The translations under genes and the position numbers were made by a program. Under the pieces are notes generated by a model. It had not been told where the DNA came from, made no database searches, and saw nothing but the letters and a program-made list of their open reading frames with translations. A stretch of DNA of 22,055 nucleotides from a bacterium (GTDB taxonomy: Bacteria; Methylomirabilota; Methylomirabilia; CAVQYV01): the NCBI GenBank assembly GCA_043800755.1, contig JAZDMQ010000112.1, positions 1 through 22,055 of the forward strand. The letters run 5' to 3'. Shown here piece after piece: positions 16,422 to 22,055 of the stretch. Positions within the stretch are counted from its first letter, which is position 1; each line of letters begins with the position of its first letter.

Positions 16422-17438
16422 TTGAAGACTTCTTTCCTCTGGGATATCCTGTTGTTGATCTTCATTGGATTTGTTGGTTTTTCATGGGCATCCTTTTTCC
16501 TGAAATCCGAGATATTCGGTTGGTACGGCCTTCTCTTCGGGCTGGTCGTAGGTCTTGCCTTGCTCTTGCTGAACCGAAAGTTGAAGACGACCCCTCTGCG
16601 CTCGATACTGGGAGCAACCGTAGGATTGATCTTGGGGGTGTTGGTCTCCCGCCTTCTTTTTAGTTCCCTTTTCCTGCTCCTTGCTCCTTTAGAGCCCGCT
16701 TTCTCCATTTCGATGAGGATATTGCTGGATGCCATCTTTGCTTATCTCGGGATGATGGTGGTGATTAGCAAGGGCAACGAGCTCGACCTCTTCTCCTTCT
16801 TCCACCAAGTGAAAGAGAGGCCCCAGGCGGAGAGCTATAAGATATTGGATACGAGCGTGATCATCGATGGACGGATCGCTGATATCTGCGAGACCGGTTT
16901 TGTGGAAGGAACCTTGGTCATCCCCCAGTTCGTGCTGCGGGAGCTGCAGCATATTGCTGACTCCTCCGACACCCTCAAGCGAAATCGGGGGAGGAGGGGG
17001 CTGGATATCTTACAGCGGATCCAGAAAAAGGTGGATGTTCCGGTAAAAATACATGACCTCGATTTTCCTGATATCAAGGAAGTGGATGGCAAGTTGGTGG
17101 CCATGGCGAAGATATTGGGGGCCAAGGTGATTACCAATGACTTCAATCTGAATAAGGTGGCCGAACTGCACGGGGTTTCCGTCCTGAATATCAATGAGCT
17201 GGCAAACTCGCTCAAGCCGGTAGTTCTTCCGGGCGAAGACATGAAGGTCTATGTCCTGAAGGAGGGCAAGGAGTATAACCAGGGCGTGGCTTACTTGGAT
17301 GATGGAACGATGGTGGTGATCGATAACGGTCGGAGGTCGATTGGTCAGACGGTGGAAGTCTGCGTCACTAGCGTACTGCAGACTACCGCAGGGAGGATGA
17401 TCTTTACCCGAATGAAGGAGGAGGCTGAGGCGGCTTAG
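16422..17438 (+). CDS. PIN/TRAM domain membrane protein (YacL-like)
   Basis: N-terminal TM helices, [32 protein letters not shown], and a TRAM domain ([13 protein letters not shown]...SVLQT.AGRMIF). Confidence 0.93.
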   Translation: MKTSFLWDILLLIFIGFVGFSWASFFLKSEIFGWYGLLFGLVVGLALLLLNRKLKTTPLRSILGATVGLILGVLVSRLLFSSLFLLLAPLEPAFSISMRILLDAIFAYLGMMVVISKGNELDLFSFFHQVKERPQAESYKILDTSVIIDGRIADICETGFVEGTLVIPQFVLRELQHIADSSDTLKRNRGRRGLDILQRIQKKVDVPVKIHDLDFPDIKEVDGKLVAMAKILGAKVITNDFNLNKVAELHGVSVLNINELANSLKPVVLPGEDMKVYVLKEGKEYNQGVAYLDDGTMVVIDNGRRSIGQTVEVCVTSVLQTTAGRMIFTRMKEEAEAA

Positions 17439-17456
17439 GGATTGGATAGGTAACCT

Positions 17457-18647
17457 ATGAAGGTGGCGGCAATTATTCCCGCAGCGGGAGAAAGCAGGAG
17501 GATGGGCAGATCGATTAGGAAGCCTTTCCTCTCCTTGCAGGGCGTTCCCATTTTGGCCCTGACCCTCGGGAGTCTGATGCGCTACCCTGTGATCGAACAT
17601 TTCCTGGTTTGCCTCAGGCCGGAGGATATGGACTTGGGGAAAACAGGAGTTCTTCCGCACCTGCCCTCGGAAAAGAGGATAACATGGGTTGAGGGAGGAA
17701 GGAGACGTCAGGATTCCGTCAATCATGCATTATCCAGGGTGGAGGCCGATGTGGATCTGGTTTTGATCCACGATGGCGTCCGCCCTTTTGTTTCTCGCGA
17801 ATTGATCGAAAACGCCATCCGGGAGACGCCCCGGTGGGGGGCTACGGTTTTCGGGCTTCCGGCGACCGAGACGGTTAAGGCCGTGAACGAAGAAGGCCTG
17901 GTGGTCAAGACGGTGGAAAGGAGCGGCCTCTGGAATATTCAGACCCCCCAGACCTTTCATCGCGACCTGATCATCAGGGCATACCAAAAGGCCCATGAGG
18001 AAGGCTTTGAAGGCCCAGACGACGCGTCCTTGGTAGAGCGGGTTGGCGGAGGAGTGAAAGTCCTGATGGGATCGCCCGAAAATATCAAGGTCACCACCGC
18101 AAGAGACTTATCCCTGGCCGAGAAGATCTTGGCTTTTGGGGGATCTGATATCCTGAAAGTAGGCTTGGGCTATGACATCCACCCCTTGGTAAGAGGGAGG
18201 CCATTGATTTTGGGAGGCGTAGGGGTACCCTTTGAACAAGGTCTTTCTGGGGATTCGGACGCGGATGTCCTAATTCATGCGATTATCGACGCAATTCTTG
18301 GGGCGGCCGGCGAAGGGGATATCGGGGGATTTTTTGGGGTGGGGAATCCAAGATTGGCCGGAGCATCCAGCCTACATCTGTTAGGGGAATTGTGGGAGGA
18401 AATGAAGCGCAAAGGCATGAGGATTAACAATATCGATGCCACGATGGTCGCCCAAGCCCCCCATCTTTCTCCTTATATTCAAGAGATGAAGAAGAACATC
18501 GGAAAGGCTCTCGGGCTAGATGCAGTTCAAATCAATGTTAAAGCTACCACCGCGAAGGGCCTGGGAGTCATCGGCGAGGGGAAGGGCATCTGTGCGCAGG
18601 TGGTGGTATCCGCTTTTTTAAAGCCTCCCCTGATTCCTGTTTTCTGA
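17457..18647 (+). CDS. ispDF: Bifunctional IspD/IspF (MEP cytidylyltransferase / MEcPP synthase)
   Basis: IspD motifs AAG.S.RMG, RQDSV, HDGVRPF, QTPQ and NIKVTT are fused in frame to IspF motifs GLGYDIH, SDADV..HA..DA.LGA, GDIG and NVKATT. Confidence 0.95.
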   Translation: MKVAAIIPAAGESRRMGRSIRKPFLSLQGVPILALTLGSLMRYPVIEHFLVCLRPEDMDLGKTGVLPHLPSEKRITWVEGGRRRQDSVNHALSRVEADVDLVLIHDGVRPFVSRELIENAIRETPRWGATVFGLPATETVKAVNEEGLVVKTVERSGLWNIQTPQTFHRDLIIRAYQKAHEEGFEGPDDASLVERVGGGVKVLMGSPENIKVTTARDLSLAEKILAFGGSDILKVGLGYDIHPLVRGRPLILGGVGVPFEQGLSGDSDADVLIHAIIDAILGAAGEGDIGGFFGVGNPRLAGASSLHLLGELWEEMKRKGMRINNIDATMVAQAPHLSPYIQEMKKNIGKALGLDAVQINVKATTAKGLGVIGEGKGICAQVVVSAFLKPPLIPVF

Positions 18648-18860
18648 CCAGATCAACCATCTCGTCTCTTTCCCGAGGAATCAAAAAAGCTACCCTCTTG
18701 CAAAGACGGAATTGGTGGAAACCTGCGTGGCCCCAAGGTCAGACGGGCTCCTACCTCTGGGCGATGGAGGGACGCAATCTTGGGTGGTCCGTTCTCTTAG
18801 TGGAAGTAGAAGTGAGAGCACAACCGTGGGAGCCGCTGCCAGAAGGTTGGGGAGGCCGTG

Positions 18861-20360
18861 ATGCCGTTAAAGATTTATAACAGTCTGACACGAAGGAAAG
18901 AAGAATTCATTCCTCTGCATCCGGAAGAGGTGAGGATGTATGTCTGTGGGATTACACCTTATGATCTATGCCACATCGGCCATGCCCGGGCTGCACTCGT
19001 TTTCGAAACCATCAGGCGGTATATGGAGTTTCGAGGGTATAGGGTCATTATGGTGCGAAACTTCACCGATGTAGACGACAAGATCATTGCCCGGGGTGTC
19101 TCCTTGGGCCTGAGTTGGCGGGAGGTTGCAGATCGCTTTATTGCGGAGTACAATCAGGATATGAAAACCCTGGAGTTGGGCCGGGCCACCTTCGAACCAA
19201 AGGCCACCGATCATATCCCGGAGATGATCCACATGGTGAAGGCGTTAGAGGAAAAAGGGTGCGCCTACGCGGTCGAGGGAAGTGTCTATTTTGAGGTGAG
19301 AAAATTCCCCCTCTATGGGAAACTCTCCCACCGCAATCTCGACGAAATGCTGGCAGGTGCAAGGGTAAAGGTTGACCCTCGCAAGAGAGACCCATTGGAT
19401 TTTGCCTTGTGGAAAAGGTCCAAGGAAGGGGAGCCTGCCTGGGACAGTCCTTGGGGCGCAGGAAGGCCGGGTTGGCACATTGAGTGTTCGGTGATGGCTA
19501 TCAAATACCTGGGAGAGACCATCGATATTCACGGGGGGGGCGCAGATCTCGTTTTCCCCCATCACGAAAACGAAATCGCCCAGTCGGAATCCTTTACCGG
19601 CAAGGAATTTGCCCACCAATGGATCCACAACGGGTTTGTCAACATTGACTCGGAGAAGATGTCCAAATCGCTCGGAAATTTTTTCACCATCCGTGAGGTA
19701 CTAAAACAATGTGATGCGGATGCCTTGAAACTCTTCCTCCTTTCCACGCACTATCGAGCCCCAGTTGATTTCTCCGATCGTAAGTTGATCGAGTCCGAGA
19801 AGGCGTTAGATCGAGCTCAGCTCGCTTTGCAGAAGGTAGAGGGGGTAGCACGAGAGGGGGGAGGGAATGGCGTCTCCTCGCGCCCCCCGAAAGAGGCACT
19901 GCAGAAAGCGGAGGAGGATTTCATGGAGGCCATGGATGATGATTTTCATACACCTAGGGCCATCGCTTCCCTCTTCGACATGATCCGGCAACTCAACGGG
20001 TATCTGGAAGAAGGGATAAGGGATCCCTTCTTGGCCGAGGCGGCAGCGCGGATCAGGGAGCTTGCGGGAATACTCGGTTTAATGCAGAGGCGAAGAGCTA
20101 TTCATTATATCGAGAATCAGGCGGCAACCGAGGTTAGCCCGGGAGAGTATCAAGAGGCGAGGGAACGGCTGAATTTGGTCATAAAAGCGGGTTCCATGCC
20201 CGGGCCCGAAGATATCGGCTCAGTTCTCATCTGGAGGGCCCAAGCCCGCAAACGGAGTGATTGGGCTACTTCCGACGAGATCAGAGAGTGGATAGAGGAG
20301 ATAGGGGTAGCGGTGGAGGACACCCGAGAAGGCTTTTATTGGAAGTACAGATCGACCTGA
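18861..20360 (+). CDS. cysS: Cysteine--tRNA ligase
   Basis: MYVCG.T.YD..HIGH, GRPGWHIECS, HGGG.DL.FPHHENE and KMSKS motifs. Confidence 0.98.
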   Translation: MPLKIYNSLTRRKEEFIPLHPEEVRMYVCGITPYDLCHIGHARAALVFETIRRYMEFRGYRVIMVRNFTDVDDKIIARGVSLGLSWREVADRFIAEYNQDMKTLELGRATFEPKATDHIPEMIHMVKALEEKGCAYAVEGSVYFEVRKFPLYGKLSHRNLDEMLAGARVKVDPRKRDPLDFALWKRSKEGEPAWDSPWGAGRPGWHIECSVMAIKYLGETIDIHGGGADLVFPHHENEIAQSESFTGKEFAHQWIHNGFVNIDSEKMSKSLGNFFTIREVLKQCDADALKLFLLSTHYRAPVDFSDRKLIESEKALDRAQLALQKVEGVAREGGGNGVSSRPPKEALQKAEEDFMEAMDDDFHTPRAIASLFDMIRQLNGYLEEGIRDPFLAEAAARIRELAGILGLMQRRRAIHYIENQAATEVSPGEYQEARERLNLVIKAGSMPGPEDIGSVLIWRAQARKRSDWATSDEIREWIEEIGVAVEDTREGFYWKYRST

Positions 20361-20369
20361 GCGGCGACA

Positions 20370-21104
20370 ATGTTCGAGGTCTTGTTAGGCCCAAACTCGA
20401 TCCTTGAGGGCCTGCGCGCAGGACGAAGGGGCCTGAAGGGGCTTTACCTGTTGAGGGGTCGGAGAGGCGAGAAGATCACAGAAATCCTCCGCCTGGCCGA
20501 AGAGAGGGGCATTCCAATCACCTGGACAGAGAGGAGCCAGCTTTATTCATTGTGCAAGGAAAATCGCCATCAGGGTGTGATTGCCGTCGTCGAGGCCCAG
20601 AAGTACTTCGATTTGGCCGAGACCTTGGCGGAAGTTAAGAAAAGGAATGACCCAGCCTTCTTCTTGATCTTGGATGGAGTTCAAGATTCGGGAAACATGG
20701 GCTCAATTCTGCGAACGGCAGAATCGGCCGGGATCGGCGCGGTGATCATCCCCAAGGACAGAGCAGCAAGGCTAAGTCAGGGGACGGCCAAGAGCTCAGT
20801 GGGGGCGCAAGAATATGTGAAGGTGGTTAGGGTGTCGAACCTGGCAGAGGCAATCAAGAGGATTAAGGAGGCAGGGATTTGGGTGGTGGGGGCAGACCAA
20901 CAGGCAGAGAAGGTTTATTATGAGACGGACTTGAGAGGCCCGGTGGCGATGGTGATAGGAGGGGAGGGAAAGGGCCTTAGAAGGCTAACCCGCGAAAGCT
21001 GCGACCTCTTAGTGAGAATTCCGATGAGGGGTCGGGTCTCTTGCTTAAATGCCGGGGTGGCTGCGGGGATTATGATTTTTGAAATATTGAGACAAAGAGA
21101 GTAA
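20370..21104 (+). CDS. rlmB: 23S rRNA (guanosine-2251-2'-O)-methyltransferase
   Basis: HQGV, LDGVQD.GNMGSI.R, GGEGKGLR and IPM.G.VS.LN SPOUT motifs. Confidence 0.93.
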   Translation: MFEVLLGPNSILEGLRAGRRGLKGLYLLRGRRGEKITEILRLAEERGIPITWTERSQLYSLCKENRHQGVIAVVEAQKYFDLAETLAEVKKRNDPAFFLILDGVQDSGNMGSILRTAESAGIGAVIIPKDRAARLSQGTAKSSVGAQEYVKVVRVSNLAEAIKRIKEAGIWVVGADQQAEKVYYETDLRGPVAMVIGGEGKGLRRLTRESCDLLVRIPMRGRVSCLNAGVAAGIMIFEILRQRE

Positions 21105-21131
21105 ATTGGAATTATGATGTAAAAAGAGGGG

Positions 21132-21147
21132 ATAATTTGCAAATTAT
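21132..21147. promoter_or_regulatory. Perfect 16-bp AT-rich palindrome upstream of the tRNA-tuf operon
   Basis: ATAATTTG|CAAATTAT. Confidence 0.4.
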
Positions 21148-21182
21148 TGCGGCAAATGTCGTATTCTATCATCCTTTTTCTT

Positions 21183-21210
21183 TTGACACCGTGAAAACGG
21201 GATTGAGAAT
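21183..21210 (+). promoter_or_regulatory. Candidate promoter of the tRNA-tuf operon
   Basis: TTGACA (21183-21188), 16 bp spacer, GAGAAT (21205-21210), with T/A tracts upstream. Confidence 0.45.
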
Positions 21211-21271
21211 AAGGCAAAAAGGAGTTAATATAAAGGGCTGTTTGTCTATATTCCCCGAAGTTCTGCGGCTC

Positions 21272-21347
21272 GCTGGCGTAGCTCAATCGGCAGAGCGGCT
21301 GATTTGTAATCAGCAGGTCGGGGGTTCAATTCCTCTCGCCAGCTCCA
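21272..21347 (+). tRNA. tRNA-Thr(TGT)
   Basis: Acceptor GCTGGCG/CGCCAGC, anticodon arm GCTGA-TTTGTAA-TCAGC, CCA end. Confidence 0.97.
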
Positions 21348-21401
21348 AATTGGTGCAGGAAGGATATCTTACCGCCCCGCTTCTTCCATTTCTTGCTGCC
21401 A

Positions 21402-21486
21402 GGGGAGATACCCAAGCGGCCAAAGGGGGCAGACTGTAAATCTGTTGGCAATGCCTTCGGAGGTTCGAATCCTCCTCTCCCCACCA
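21402..21486 (+). tRNA. tRNA-Tyr(GTA)
   Basis: Acceptor GGGGAGA/TCTCCCC, anticodon loop CTGTAAA, long variable arm, CCA end. Confidence 0.97.
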
Positions 21487-21551
21487 TCATTCAATTAGAG
21501 GTGGCATTTTCATTCACACGTGCTTTTTGGACTGCAGATATGCCAACTGCC

Positions 21552-21628
21552 GCGGGAATAGCTCAGTCGGTTAGAGCATCAGCCTTCCAAGCTGAGGGTC
21601 GCGGGTTCGAATCCCGTTTCCCGCTCCA
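21552..21628 (+). tRNA. tRNA-Gly(TCC)
   Basis: Acceptor GCGGGAA/TTCCCGC, anticodon arm TCAGC-CTTCCAA-GCTGA, CCA end. Confidence 0.97.
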
Positions 21629-21763
21629 GAGCGACTGAAGGTTCTCTGGAGAATTGGATATCGGATCCGTCTCTTGCACAGGATGTAGACGAGATCCTTC
21701 ATTGTCTTTTTACACATATTAGTAATTGTTTCTATTCTTTAGGGTTGGTGGCAGCCGATCAGG

Positions 21764-21839
21764 GCCCACGTAGCTCAGTTGGCAGAGCGCATCCTTGGTA
21801 AGGATGAGGTCACCAGTTCAATTCTGGTCGTGGGCTCCA
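21764..21839 (+). tRNA. tRNA-Thr(GGT)
   Basis: Acceptor GCCCACG/CGTGGGC, anticodon arm CATCC-TTGGTAA-GGATG, CCA end. Confidence 0.97.
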
Positions 21840-21914
21840 TAGAAAAAAGATGAAGACTAAAGAAGTACGCACAGTTACATTTGGAATCGTGGATTAAAGG
21901 AGGGGAGAGCGAGG

Positions 21915-22055
21915 ATGGCCAAACTCAAATTTGAACGCACCAAAGAGCACATGAACGTCGGCACCATTGGCCACATCGACCATGGCAAGACGACCCTGAC
22001 GGCCGCCATCACCAAGTGCCTGCATAATGTGAATCCCAATGTCCAATTTCGCCCC
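21915..22055 (+). CDS. tuf: Elongation factor Tu, 5' part; runs off the right edge
   Basis: [34 protein letters not shown]. It follows the Thr-Tyr-Gly-Thr tRNA cluster, as in tufB operons. Confidence 0.97.
   Translation, partial: MAKLKFERTKEHMNVGTIGHIDHGKTTLTAAITKCLHNVNPNVQFRP

Noticed and set aside
18648..18860. T-box riboswitch upstream of cysS (AATTGGTGGAAACC at 18710-18723; AATCTTGGGTGGTCCG at 18776-18791)
   Set aside because: Neither has a correct UGGNACC bulge. I see no stem I motifs or downstream terminator. An Rfam T-box scan would settle it.
18698..18880. 60-aa Trp-rich ORF between ispDF and cysS as a small protein or cysE remnant
   Set aside because: TTG start without an SD, overlap with cysS, and no CysE hexapeptide pattern.
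420..21638. Many overlapping or antisense ORFs in the track (e.g. 420-1037, 3271-4098, 7694-8464, 10925-11602, 16007-16735, 21137-21439)
   Set aside because: They are shadows of well-supported genes or tRNAs in GC-rich DNA and have no recognisable motifs.
21272..21839. Prophage or island attachment at the tRNA cluster or tRNA-Gln
   Set aside because: No integrase, and no duplicated tRNA 3' end seen in the window.
1..22055. CRISPR array, recoded stop codons (Sec/Pyl) or a toxin-antitoxin role for the PIN protein
   Set aside because: No spaced repeats and no in-frame stops inside conserved genes. The PIN domain is the membrane-anchored YacL type with no antitoxin.

Overview
Bacterial core-genome window of moderately high GC, almost entirely on the + strand. 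The gene order looks like a diderm of the Deltaproteobacteria/Nitrospinota/NC10 type (inference from synteny only). The left end holds the 5' part of gcvPA and a decayed M20 (ArgE/DapE-like) amidohydrolase on the - strand. A divergent promoter region follows, then a small exported superoxide-reductase (neelaredoxin)-like protein, a tiny kinase-like remnant and an iron-containing alcohol dehydrogenase. The rest is a long housekeeping run: engB, TPR lipoprotein, LolB-like lipoprotein, ispE, spoVG, tRNA-Gln, prs, rplY, pth, rpsF, ssb, rpsR, YybS/DUF2232, rplI, dnaB, a structured ~430 bp spacer, radA, carD, PIN/TRAM (YacL-like), fused ispDF, cysS, rlmB, tRNA-Thr/Tyr/Gly/Thr and the start of tuf. 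I see no CRISPR array, transposase, integrase or defence system, and I cannot claim a new multi-gene system. The best leads are the exported SOR-fold protein with an altered metal site, the structured dnaB-radA spacer, the decayed genes at the left end and a His-to-Asp change in the IspF motif.
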